A DNA stretch of 64,000 nucleotides, from positions 12,958,001-13,022,000 of the forward strand of contig CM119382.1 of NCBI GenBank assembly GCA_051294905.1. Direction: 5' to 3'. The translations under genes and the position numbers were made by a program. Under the pieces are notes generated by a model that did not search any database, was not told the origin of the DNA, and saw nothing but the letters and a program-made list of their open reading frames with translations. Positions 36,601 through 50,100 of this stretch are shown piece after piece. The stretch comes from Botryllus schlosseri (Eukaryota). The stretch's first letter is position 1; the number at the start of each line of letters is the position of its first letter.

Positions 36601-37944
36601 GTGGGCGTACTCTGTGTATAGCATTTGCTACACATTTCTGTAACTGTATAACTCTCACTATATGCCTCTATTACCATTTTAATGCTGACCCGACACGAAC
36701 TTAGCTATGTATGTACCTGCGAGTATTCAGTTTCGATGTACTTCCTTCTAGTGGGCTCATGACTTGTGGACAAAGGTGTACTGTAACAAACTACCGTCAT
36801 CTGCATTCATATAGCCGATGTTGACTGTAAAAGGTGGCCGCCATAGACTTAACTCTGCTATCCCTCGAAATATGATACTTCCCTTTTTCATGATCTTCAA
36901 TGACCGGACCGAAAATACTATACATGTCATGTTTCATGTGGTTAAATGCTGTAAAAATTTAAAGTCTGAATTACAAACAGCTGCCCCCATGACAGTGGTC
37001 CCCAACCGCGTGGACAAGGACCCATTGGGGTTAGTGAGAAGGTTTCGTGAGGTCCGTGATTAATTTAGAAATTGACGGAATTTTATACAAACTTTCAACT
37101 TATAATTTCACATGGATACAATGCAAAAACTGCTATGTTAAACTATAGATACATTCGTCGCATTGCTGTATCAATTCTGACTCAAAAGGTCCCAAGCCTC
37201 CAGACAAACCCCAATCGCGATTTAATAATAAAGGACCAAATTCCAACGTCCGCGTTTACAGTTATTATTATTATTATTATTCCTTACAACACTCACGCAA
37301 AGCTAACGTCAGATTAAGGCTAAAATAAAGAGAGAATAGAAATAGCCAACTTATATGTCTTCGTTAGAGCCACTTTTAGCGGTTTATAACTGTATACAAC
37401 TAGCTAATTGTATTTTGCCAATTTCAGTTGAGTGCGAAGAAAGTTGTTGCTAGAATAGAGCCAGATCCGTGATATAATGTAATATACTATTATATTTACC
37501 TATTAGGCTTGATAATGGAGTATTCAAGTGAAAAACAAGAGCATGGATTTGGAGGTATTATTTTGAAACCATTTGAATGGTCCGGCCCGCGATATACCTG
37601 AAACTTCGAACCTGGCCCACGACGCAACTTGAGTTCGACACCCATGCTTTAAACCTCATATTCCGCGAGCTTAAATATTTTCTGTAAGAGGCCTGTACCT
37701 AAAAATTGGGAACAGCAGCCTTAAGATTACAAATGGATCGAGGAAATCTTATTGTCATTTCCGCTAATTTTTTATTTATTTATTGAGAATGAGACTTATT
37801 TATAATCGCGTTTGCAGCACTGACGCAAACGGAACATATATTTGACAATTTATCTGAGTCATTTTCCATTTGCATGGTGAAATTTGACATGTCAGTAAAA
37901 CGGTAGTCGTACTCCCGGACGTTGATGTCACGTTGCGTTTAAGA

Positions 37945-38133
37945 CAGTGGTTCCCAACATTTTTACACCTATATTTTTATAATTTACAATTCTGCAATCA
38001 TAATTTAAAATTTGGTGACCCGAAGTGTACCCCCTGTAAAGGGCTTTGCAATCCTAAAATCAGATTCCCCTCCACAAAATACAAAAATCCCCCTATAGTA
38101 GGGATCCCTCCCTCCCCCGTTTGGTAAACACTG
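37945..38133. mobile_element. Small hAT MITE
   Basis: TIRs CAGTGGTTCCCAAC / GTTTGGTAAACACTG; TSD GTTTAAGA/GTTTAAGC (7/8). Confidence 0.85.
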
Positions 38134-38286
38134 GTTTAAGCTATGAAATGTCCTCGCAATGTCGGGAAAATCAGGAACAGCACGGGCACATTACAATCTT
38201 ACCTTCTGTCTATTTCGGTGGTTACAATGGTCTGGAATGTCGACGTAGAATTTAACTTACGGTTCATATAAGGACCGGTGAGAATT

Positions 38287-38393
38287 GTGCTACAAGTCAG
38301 CAGCTACTGAATGAATGGCGAAAATTGGCCTAGTGTAAATGACCATAGTAGTCGACAAGCATCATGACTACCACAAACAATAACAGCAACAAC
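38287..38393 (+). mobile_element. 5'-truncated SINE (3' half)
   Basis: Matches the 3' part of the SINE family (TACAAGTCAGCAGCTA...TGTAAATGACCATAGTAGTCGACAA...CAACAAC). Confidence 0.8.
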
Positions 38394-41300
38394 CTTGATT
38401 TCATACTTCTAGCTAAACCAGAGTGTAGTATAAATAATCATTTGACGTTACAATATTTTTTAGATATCTCGTAAAATGTCCTGACACACCATGAGTCTCA
38501 TGCGACAAAACATTTTGCCCTTTTAAGGTGTGATTTCAGTTTAACTAATGTCCGACTATCGGGGGGGGGGGGGTATGTACCAACGTTTTTATCTCGACCC
38601 AGGAACAAAATATATACCCCTACGGGCTTGACTGGATGAAAGAGCACCACTGTAGTGACAACGCTACAGTGGCATTGTCTCTTGGACATTCGTTTAAACC
38701 AGTGGATCCCAAACCTTTTCGTCAAAACTAGAATAATGCTAAGAAGGAGGACCGATACTTTTTCTGGCCCATTCAAACAAAGTAGCGGTAGAATTTTAGT
38801 CTTTTCCAACTGTGAGCTGTTATTCCCGCAGCTATCTAAGGTTAAAGCGAAATAGACCTATACGGAAATCGACTATAGTCGGATTTAGATTACATTGAAG
38901 ACCATAATTCCGGATTCAAACTTGTGAATTATATTAAAGGAAAAGGTTCTAACTTAAAATTATATCACATGTTGCTATAAATTTGCAATACTGTCCACAA
39001 TGTTCAATAGGCTAATTATTCACTCCCATTACTTAAGTACGCGAATACATTGGTGATTGGAATTTGGACCGAGCGCTGGAAAGATATGGAAGCGCGCTGT
39101 TTGCGATCAAAAACATATTGATACTACTATCGGGGCCTACGATAAGTTATCGTAGGCCCCGCTACTATTAAGAATGCTGCAACGTGATAAAAACGCTCTG
39201 TTCAGCCTCATTATAGTTGGATATGGATTTAGTGAGTTAGCCGACTATATGTGTTTATCGACTTTTCTAACAAACATATTAGCACTTACAACCAAAGTAA
39301 ACTTCGATGAGAGTCGCCACTAAACAGAAACTATATATACCGACTGCTCTGGATGTTTGCAATCAAATCAAAGATATAATCATCTAGCTAGAATAAAAAT
39401 CAAAACGAAAGTGGCCTATGGGCACGGCAAGCTCATTGGTGAACCGCCAGTATAGCTGCAAGAACTCGCGACATCGCAATGACATATGTGTCTTCGAAGA
39501 GCAAATAATGTAGGTGAACATAATTTACGATTAGACCGTAAGAAACTGAAATAAATGAATTATGGCACATTCCGCGCAGAAAGTATACTCGTATCGTGTC
39601 GATACTTGTCGTCGAATAAAGATTACATATTGCGTAACTTATTACCGATAACAGAATTATGAAATAGACATCACAAATGTCGGTGGCAATTAAAAACCTG
39701 AAGTCCATTATATTACAATCCATGCTGGGTCATGCTGGCCGTTCCTTGACCCTTTGCCCTTCAATTATGTTTTATTTGCTGACAATTTATCATTACTCAT
39801 TCGAGTCATTTCTGTTATTTGACGTACCATCCTTAAATCATGATCTAGAATTGAAAAATATGAACTAAGACTTACGGTTGATGAATCCACATAAACATCT
39901 TGGTTATATATGCAACTTCTATATCGGAATCGCTATGTAGCTGCATCAGTATACTCAAAGCGTTGCGGGATCAGACTCCGGTCAGGTGGGGTCTGACAGT
40001 AAAAGCTTGAAACTGTTAGCAATAGTTTGCCTACTTTGGCACCCGACTCGAACGATACATATGTAAATGAATTATACACGGAGGGAAACAAAATTGTACA
40101 GCATCAGACTTGCAATAACACAACGTCACAAACGACTATCACACGCTCTGGACTAGATATATGTAGCAAATCATTACTAAAAGTTCTATACTCGTGACCC
40201 ACTATATATGTCGTGCACCTGTTACGACAGCGACTAATGTATGGCACTTCTTTAAATTCTTCAGCAAACTGTCGACGCCTTACGATCATTAAATACTTAA
40301 AGGCACAATACTGTGGTATCACCATCGAATTGATTTTTGGATTATCAGAACAATGCTTTCGGATACCTGGATTATCAAAAGAGAAACGTGACGAAATCAC
40401 GTCCATACAGGATTAATTGAGCATTTAATGGAAATATGTAAGCAGCAGATACCTTACAATTCTGTCTGCATCCCCCAATTTCAACCTTTTACCAGATGAA
40501 ATCTATTACAAGTACGCTTCAAATCCAAGACAAATTGCACACCGTTATAACAAAATGGCGTTTGATTTGATGCACCAAGCAACTCTCGTATGCGATTACA
40601 GGATACTTCTCGGCATTGTCAGCACATTCCTCAGTGTATATGCCGTCAGTAAATACAGAAAGCAAAACAGGATCTCATCGCAATAAACAATTTTAAAAAA
40701 ATGGTATGATACACTACTGACACTACTGATGTACTAGCTTGTATTTTATCACGAAATAAATATAATTTCTAATTGGAATTGATGAAACCGGACCAGTATC
40801 TATATCTACACAGCGACTTTAAAATAAATCAGCGTGACTTCGAGCAAACCTAATTTCTATCACCGGCATTCATCGCTAATTAAGAAATAATTCTTTGAAA
40901 AAATACAGACAGTTTTGAACCACATCAAAGCATCGGAAAATTAATTTTGCTTTTGCCAACGACGCTCGCAACTATAATACAATGTAATAAATCTATCAGC
41001 TCCTGTTAACAGACTTAGTATACACTAACGCCTATGATGGGCTGGTCGTTATTCAAAATGACAAGAGTTATAGGAACCTAATCGTCTCATTTAATATCCT
41101 AGCAACGCCCACCGTAATGAGCATTTTTTCAGCATTCATCAAAATTACGCACCCAACAAATATTTCGGATGACGGACCAATGTAACTATTATCGTTTTCT
41201 TCAACATCATTAAAACAAGTTCGGACCGCAAGCTATTATAATCTTTCCATCCGTAAACCTTCTATTGCTTCATTCTCTCGTTATAAGTTTTATTTCATGC

Positions 41301-41705
41301 GATACATACATAAATCAAATTGGTAGTAACGCCGGAATAGTAATAGAGCTGTAAAAAGGGCTGATCTTGATCACGCATACCAACGTCCTCAAAGGGCTAA
41401 TGTACCCCTCATATATTGCTGGAAACATGGGGTACATTTCCATAATATACCAATTTTGCGCTAGAAATGGATCCTCGACACCGACTCAGGTTAGAAGCCC
41501 AGGAAGAAAAATTCCAATATTTGAAACCCACCCAATGCAGTTCTGATTCCATCACTGTGCAAATCCTTCAGAAAACTGTTAGATTTCTACGCTATGTTCT
41601 TGATTGTACTTATGTCTGACGATTATAAAGTTATATATGCACCGCTCCAGGTTAGAAAACTATGGATAAAAATTGCCATATAAATGGTCAACACCCACGC
41701 CAATA

Positions 41706-41985
41706 GTGGCTAGATACTAGATAGCGTATTAGTATAATCCACAGCTGCAACACCAATGTGTTACGGGTTCGAGTCCGACCGCGGTCGACTCCAGAATTCC
41801 TACCTAACTGTTGGAGATTTATCTCGGCTCCTCATCGTCGTATGATTCGTGTGAGGGGTGTTTTATAAAAAGCCTAGAAGTGGGCCGGGCTACAAGTCGG
41901 CAGCTATGGATTAAAAATGAAGAATATTGGCCTGGTGTAAATGACCATAGTATTCGACAAACACCATGAATACCACACACAACAA
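41706..41985 (+). mobile_element. Full-length tRNA-derived SINE, same family as 9111-9389
   Basis: Colinear homology (CTGCAACACCAATG...GGTTCGAGTCCGACC...GGCTCCTC...TGTAAATGACCATAG...ACAACAAC); TSD CCCACGCCAATA / CCCACGCCAAATA. Confidence 0.9.
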
Positions 41986-42100
41986 CCCACGCCAAATACA
42001 GTTCTGCTTCGCGCGCCTGCACCAATGCGTGAGACCATCACATGCCAGAAAGCTGTTGTATATTATTCGGCACTAACTATAGTTAAGTTATCGATTAGAC

Positions 42101-42626
42101 CAGCGGTTTCCAAACTTTTTCAGCTTGCGAGCCGGCAAAATATCAAATCAGATTTTGCGGACCGGTGAACTTTCAAAAATAATACTATACCAGAATCTAA
42201 TTACGACACACGCTTCCAACTTAAAAGAATGAATTCGAATGTCAATTTACTGAGAAAATTGCCCCTGTCGTTTTTGATATACCGCGTTGTTATGCATGGT
42301 TCTATAAACGTTACTGCAAAGCAAAGTACTAATAAAACCACCAACTCGATTTTGAGTGATTGCTTTCTTAGCTGTACTATCGAATTTCGTCAAATATTAT
42401 GTAAAATGACTTTTTTCTTTCACATATTATGGTTTCAAATGAGTTGAAAGCTACTTTTAAACTGTTTGATTCAGCACTTGCAGCATTGTGACGTGGGATA
42501 AGTCAAAATTAGACCGTGAACTCTATATCATGTCGGAAAGTCCTCCAAATTGCGTTCTCGTTTGCAACGGTTTACATTTTGTAATTGGGAATATAATTAA
42601 AACATATTAACGGTTGAGAAACCCTG
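42101..42626. mobile_element. Old hAT MITE
   Basis: Ends CAGCGGTTTCCAAAC / GGTTGAGAAACCCTG; TSD only 5/8. Confidence 0.6.
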
Positions 42627-43574
42627 GGTTGAACAATTAATAATGCCTCGCTGTTATGATACTCGCTGTTTTGACACTCCTATTTTGAATGCCTCGATAT
42701 TGTGGCACTCGCTGTTTTGAACGATCCATAATCTCAACACTGCAAACGCCCATAACGTTTGGTAAGCAAAATTGATTCCGACATCTTGCTGTCGGGACGA
42801 AGCCGAACTTCATATTCAGTGACTTTGATCAGTACACTGTACAGTCACCCTATCACACTTAGCCTATACATCGGCCGATTTTATTTCTTCTTCCTCGACC
42901 CGAATCCCGGACCCGCCATTTTACTTAACCCGTCAAAGTTGCCTTCACCCGCACATTCCGGCTTTCGAGTAGGTCCTGAAACGACACTTTGACTAATGGG
43001 AGAAATCATTAAAGTGTCAGTTATTTCTTTCTTTTTTCGTGAAGGGTTGCGGCAGCGCTGATTTGTATTAGGTTTCGTCCTTTCACGCAACCTTTGGATC
43101 CCGCTGATCTCCGAGATTAAGAAAACACGCGCTCCATTGTGCATTAAACAAATCGGATCATGTTAGGTAGAAAAATGCTTTCTCGAATTCGAAGTTCGTC
43201 TGGCGTCTTGTCTTTCTTTCTGGCTCATGATGGATCGTTGGTTCAAAAGGTCATCTCTACCCTATGGTTGTAGTCCCTTGCGCCATCCAGTGATCAAAAA
43301 CAACAAAAGTTCGAAAAGGGGGTAGGCTAATATATCCACAACGCGAGTCGCTTAGTACTACGGGATAATGCGTAAACAAACGTTTAGAATACGGTCTTTA
43401 CAGTTTTTACACTTATAACTTTAACTTGAAACCGTATCATATTTAGAGCGCATGGCGCCCCTAGCAGTTTGAAACTCTACTGTAATAAACAACGGATGTA
43501 GCTCCCGTGAAATTAATCTCTCCTAAGTTTACTACGCTGAGCCTGTGAGTTGTGAACACTGAACATGCGTTCTA

Positions 43575-43818
43575 CGGTTGCAAATCTAATGGAATGCGAC
43601 TTCGGGCTTGACATGAGAATTCCTACTTAGGCACTGGAAGTTTATCTAGGCTCCTCCTCTCCATCCCTTCAGCTTTGGCGATGTCGTTAGGCTACATCAA
43701 AGCCTTGAACAATAAGTTGGCTGTGCTAATAGTTGGCAGCTGAGGTATAATAAAAATAATAATATGGGCCTGGGGGAATATGTAGTGGCACCATGAACAC
43801 TAAAACAATAACAGCAAC
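43575..43818 (+). mobile_element. Diverged SINE subfamily copy
   Basis: Core GGAAGTTTATCTAGGCTCCTCC and tail CACCATGAACACTAAAACAATAACAGCAAC; a tail-only fragment also occurs at 6662-6702. Confidence 0.65.
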
Positions 43819-44164
43819 TAATTGATGAAAGGCGGAAAACATATTTTATTCTGATCTGGTCCGCGCGGCGCTGCAAAATTTTCGGATCAGTGAATATGTT
43901 CCCTTTTTATCCCAGCGGGAGCTGTATCATCGTCCTAGCTATTTCACAAGCACGGTCCCCTTTCCGTGCAAAATATCCTTGTTGCGATAGCCTAGGAAAG
44001 CAAAACCAGCAGTTTCACAACACGTAGTGTAGCGTAAAGTTTCGATAGTGTAGTTTTATCTATAACAATTTGTCGCGCATAAATATATAGTTTTGTGAAG
44101 TCCTGCATGGACCCTATATTTTCGTATCAAAAATTCAGAAGGATCGGTGATAGGGCGATAGTGA

Positions 44165-47100
44165 TCAACCTGCTCCCACTTCGCCGATGTTTGGCAGATT
44201 TTTTGTCGCTAAAGCGTTATGAACCGATCTCATATAGTGTCTGTCTCTCTCGTACTTCCCCTCCATGTAGATGATTTTCCGCTGGAGCGTGTCGTTCTGC
44301 ACTTTCTGCTGTTCTATTATGTTCTCTAACCGCGACATTTTGAGTTTTGTCACGTCGAGATCTTTCAATTTTTGGGCGAGCTCCGTCTTGGTAGCGTCAA
44401 ACCTGTAAAATCGCGAAGTTTCAGTAATTTGCACCGCACTATGCCAGGCGCATCGTGTAGGTTTACTTCTTCTGGAGACACAACGCTAGGTTGAGGGATA
44501 TCTCGGCTTCCTTTGCGTCAACACGGTTGTCCTTGCTGGTTTGGGATGCTGCCTCTCTAGTTTCGGTCTGCGGCGCTGGTTCATGAACTGTCACCACTTT
44601 TACTGCAGTCTCGGCTTTCTCTTGCTTTTTCTAAAGAATATTGATTTGGTATAAATGTTATATGCGATCCATTAGCGAAATTGTGGCCAACTTTATTTGC
44701 TACCAGGAACGCAGATAATCCACGAATAGCTTTATTCACATTCAATGTCGTGACTCACATCATCGCAGTATACTATATATATTTTTGGAGAATTTTGCTG
44801 ATGTATTCGGGGTACTATAGGACAATGTTACCGTTTCGTGTGCCGACATCAAGGGTTGAAGAGATCGGCCGGATTGAGTTAATGCTGTAACTGTAAGCCT
44901 AATCACTATGAATTATTGAGATATGGATTTTGAAGCATTGCGTCTATTATAATCGCTCGGACAGATGTTGCAGAATGTATCTATATACTTGCACGGCATC
45001 AATATATCTTTGATCTGTTAAAGCATTGTGATGCAACAATTCTGTCTGGCAAAACGAGACTGAATCTAAGAAGAAAGAGCCAGACAGTACTGTTGCGTCA
45101 CAATGCGAAACCCGGTCACAATGTTAATTTCGAGGCTGATTTTGGGGGTTTCAGGACCATGCGCAGACTAAAATTTATATTTTCGTTATCAGTACAGCAG
45201 AAGCTTTCCATAGATACCCGTTTTATCGAGTTTTTCGCTCGGCAAGTCGGTCAAAAATGGCCGTAAAGTTGCCTTTGGTCAAATGGAAAGTATGACGTAA
45301 CCCAAATGCAGTGAGCCGTTCACTTTCGCTGTGTCCACATCATATAGGACACTATGGTCAAAGGTGCTGACCATTTTGATTCGTGCTAATTTCTCTCTGT
45401 CAAGTTCCGCCTTCGTTGTTTCGAGGATCTTCTCTGTCCTTGATAATTTATCTTGTAACCCCAAGTACGCGTCTTGGGTTTCTTTCACTTTGGCTTCGAA
45501 AGCTGCCAGCGTGTTGGACTTTTTTGCCAAAGCACTCATAGCCCTAAAGAAAACCAACACTGAAATATTGACACGGATCGTAAATCAATTTAATCAAGTA
45601 TCATTATTCTGAACACTATCTTCAGCAATCACACTGTTGCTGTTGCACCAGTTTGCCGATTCAAAATTCGTTGCTCAAACAGCGATCCGATTGGAAGGTT
45701 TTAATAATGACATTCAATGGTTCAAATGAAAGACACCACTTATACTTATGGCCAATGTTCCCTCTAAGCTGCGCACTTTCGCAAATGCACAGTGCTGAAA
45801 CGGTCTCTGCGCACAGAAAATCTCCGTTGCGCACAAAAAATCAGAAATGATGTTTTTTTTAATAGTTGTTGCGCACTGTTGTCCAATGGATCACGCATGC
45901 GCGCAGATTCGTGAAAATTAAGATGGAACATTGCAGGGCGAAATAGTGTTATCACTGAAGTCTGAAACCGAGGTACAAGTGCCAGTGTTGGGATGACTCG
46001 AGTCATGACTTGACTCGAATCAGACTCGAGTCACCTTTTCGTATGACTTGACTTGACTCGAGTCGCTTTGCTAAAATGACTTGACTTGACTTGACTCGGC
46101 GTATCAGAAATGTGGATTGACTCGTGACTCGGAGCAAAATTCACGAGTCAATTTCAAGTCATCAAGTAAAAATCACCTTATCTTGCATCTTGCATCTTGT
46201 TCGGATTGTTCGCCAAACTTTTGTGTAACCCATGAGAGCGACCGATCATTAAATGATCGTGCGTTTTACTGAGCCTCCAATATTCTCTCACTAAGATATT
46301 GACCACAAACGAAGTGATCGAAGCTACAGCTTACGTTGTCGTAAACTAGTAGTAAAGTAATTTAATAGCAAAATATATATTTGTGTTCTCTGTTCTTACC
46401 TTAACCGAACCTCTTGTTTGATTGAAATTGTAATCGAATGTAGTTTATATACTCCTCAACCATTGGCGCAGACTCGAATTGTATCATATCAATATGTATA
46501 AATGGGTACTGTATTGCATCTTCTCAATTCGTTTCTCGATTCTCTATCTTGGTTAGTAACTATAAAATGAGGCTATGCAATTACTTACGTAGTTCAACAG
46601 TTCTACGTTTATGTGAGCGATACAGCCCCTTATTGCATGTATATTCAACTCTATATTCGTTCATCAGTTCAGAATCAATGACCAATCAATCTGTTATTCA
46701 GAGACCTAGCGAAATGCAATGACGTAATCATGCTTCATACTTCTAAAAGGCAACTTGACTTGAATTTTGACTTGACTCGTGACTTGACTTGACTTGACTC
46801 GACTTGACTCGGGTCACCTCCAAAAATCGACTGACTTGACTTGACTCGAGTCACCTTCGAAAATCGATTGACTTGACTTGACTCGAGTCAAAATGTGCAA
46901 TGACTCGAAATGACTCGTGACTCGAAGGTAGTGACTTGATCCCAACACTGACAAATGCGCCCCGCAAAGGTAACTATTGCGCTCCGTGAGGAAATTAGAG
47001 TTCACAATGACCTGCGCCTCACGGAAGATATTTTTTTAGTATGGCCTCGTACACGTGAGCGATACTGATATCATTTCACTAGCGCATTATTTTCTGGGAA

Positions 47101-50100
47101 TGGCGAAATAACCTGGTTTAACAAAGTTATAAATAACAATGGGCTAGCTCGAAGTCAATTTGCGAGAAACTAACGAATGATAGTCTTCTTCGCGTGGCAT
47201 GAACATTGCGTAAGATTTACTCAGGACCGTAACTTCCGCACCCCAAACCCCCCAATTGAAGGAGCCGAGCTCGAAGGGGGTCTAAAATTATTTCGAGAAT
47301 TAACATAAATCATGGTGTATTTTTTTGAAATTTTTCAGAATTTTTTTTTCGCGCTACGCGCGTTTTATTATTGTAAGATATCTGATTATTGGGTACCCTT
47401 TTCCAACAAAAATTAGGCATGATTTATAGAAATGGGCACTTGGGGGTCGGCCATTACCGCCCATGACGCGCCACGACATATGAAGTTAAAGGCTATGTAA
47501 CATGCGAATCCAAGAAGTGCGCCAGAACGATCAGCAGCGAGAAAACCTTGGGCGAAAAAGACCGCCCCGGTGCTGACCGAAAACTTCGATTTATACAAAT
47601 ATATGGGCGCCTAAATGCCTGGCGCCGAATGTTCCTGTCCTGGCGATCCGAGTCCCACAACAAGACAAATGCCATATCGAGGGAACATTATTTTCCAGTT
47701 AAGAAATACCAATTTGAAATCGTGTACGTCTTTTACTTTAGTACGTTTTGGCGATTTCGATATCTTTTGACATAGCAGATAGGGGGTCACGAAATAGCAT
47801 CATGTAACGAAATCATTATAGCAACGGGTACGCCCGAAGATGTTTTATTATTATTTAGAGGGCCTATATATTCCAACACACCTCACTGGATCAGCTCTAC
47901 TGGTAAATCTGATTATGTGAGCAGGGAGAGGATAACAATTGATAGCAATATATATGCAATTCCCGATCATATTGGCCGATGCAATCGTGAATTATAGAAA
48001 TTTTTTCGCGCTTGGCGCGTTTAGGGACGCTATACTACTAGATGGGCACCCAAAGTACATGATAAGTACCGGAAGAAGCCTAGAGCCGTAGGGGGGTCTG
48101 GGGGGCGAAGCCCCCCAGTAGTTAGTTTTATCACCATATTGGAGGGTGGTTGCGCACTGTTGTCCGAGGGCCTACGCAGTGAGTTGGCGTGTTTGCGCAG
48201 ACTCTTGAAAAATTAGAGGGAACATTGCTTATGGCATATACTGATTTTAGCTTAGCGATTACCCGATAACCGATTCGCTGGTTTTGTTGGCCGCACAGAC
48301 GTTGTGATTTTGATAAAATCGACTCTGTAGCGCCGCTTGGCGGTCGTATGCGAAAGTGTGTGTAAATCCACACATGACCATGATCCACATCAATATTTGC
48401 TATTTTCCCGTTTACTTCGACCCGGGCATCGGGGGTTCCTGTAGATCCCCATTGCCAGAGTTGTCCAACGATTGGAACCATCGCATAAATATTTCCAGAT
48501 CAGTCTTTTAAAAGTAAAGAGTCCTACTTGACCGGAATTTCATCACTTATGCAAAGGTGGTAAGTAACGAAGTACAGTTCTACTTTTTCCGAGTATTCAA
48601 GGGGTATTAGTCTACTCATTTAGGTGACTGTGTTTTAAACTACTTTCACTTCTACTTAACTGTTTATTAGGCAAAACTACTTACTTTGTATAATTTGGAT
48701 TTTGTAAAGTGAAAATAGTTTGGGTAAATATGCTATCATCACTTTTAGTAGTGACATTTTTCGAAAACTAAACCAATTTGTAGTGTCTTTAATAATTTGG
48801 CGCTAGTCTCCAAGATATAAGCCTATCCTAACATTTCGAAAGCGGCCACCTCCGATTCACTGCTTAACGTATGCGTCCCATCGACCAAATCTACTTTCAT
48901 AACTTCATTTTCAGCTTCTATAATTGAAGCAGTTTAGACGTGTCTTTTAGATTGCTAATTCTACTAGAAAGTGAGTAAAACTTGCGGTGTTACATATACT
49001 ATTGGCGCTGACTATTTTGACTACCTGTGCGCTTATGATTGACTCACAGAGCTTATATAAGCGAAATTCACAACACATGGAACTTATCGAATATAAAAAG
49101 TACCTGTCGTGCTTTTCTTCCATGCGGTTGCGATCTACAGCGTACTGGTCCCTCGCCTTCAGGGCCTGCTTCATTTTAAACCGGGCGTGTTGAATCGCGA
49201 TGTCGCGACTGTCGCAGGCCAGTCTCGGATCGGTCTGAATACCAGCGTGGCGTACAGGCTTGTTGTTCTTTCTCTTTTCCGCTTCGATTTCCTTTTCAAG
49301 GATTTTTATCTGTCACACAAAACAATCTCGTTTCATTAGCAGTGTTCAACATAATGAAGTAACTTTACTGTTTGAAGTGAGGTTTTTGAACTCGGCTTGC
49401 TTAGCCTACTCAAATTAGGTAGGTTATGTGCTATCAGTTGTACTCCAACATCACTTGCACCTGCGAGATGTAGCCATGCACTGTGTTCAAATGTGTCGCC
49501 TGGATGGAAATTTGAGATGGGGGCTGACTTACTAATAATGATGCGACGTCACAGAACATATATGACGTCAACACTTGTGGTCCCGTTAGTCATTCTGCGT
49601 GTTAATGAATGCAATTTGTGATTCGATGCACGCGATGGTCTAATATTAATTCAAGTCTGCGATGAGCCCGGTTTATCACGGCGTGTCTGCCTTAACGACC
49701 TCTGATAAACGAGATAGTTTATGGCATTTAATAATTGATGTTTGAGTGTTGGAGTGGGATCTAAATTGGCGAATATGTGGACGCTTTTACCTGCAGGTCT
49801 GCAATTCTCCTTGACTTTGGCATATTGTAACCAAAATTCCCTAGTGGGGACATAGTGTTACAATTACTTATTCAAGACTATAAAATTCCGTTGTATAGTG
49901 TTGTATTCACCGTATCTTTCAATTTCTGTTTCACGGAACCATCGTTTCTGACTCTTTCGTCGGCCCGTCGATATTTTTCTCTGAGCTCCTCCACTAGTCG
50001 CGATAGGCTTTTATGATCGTCAGTTAATTCCTGTACGGACAACAATAACGCATCGCGACTCATCTATCTACCAACAGTGGGAAATCTACATTATATTTTC

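Larger units (their letters stand above)
45753..48227. mobile_element. Composite element bounded by CAATGTTCCCTCTAA TIRs from two MITE copies
   Basis: Left TIR at 45753, right TIR ending at 48227, perfect 8-bp TSD CTTATGGC (45745-45752, 48228-48235); a degenerate internal end lies at 45914-45933. Confidence 0.8.
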
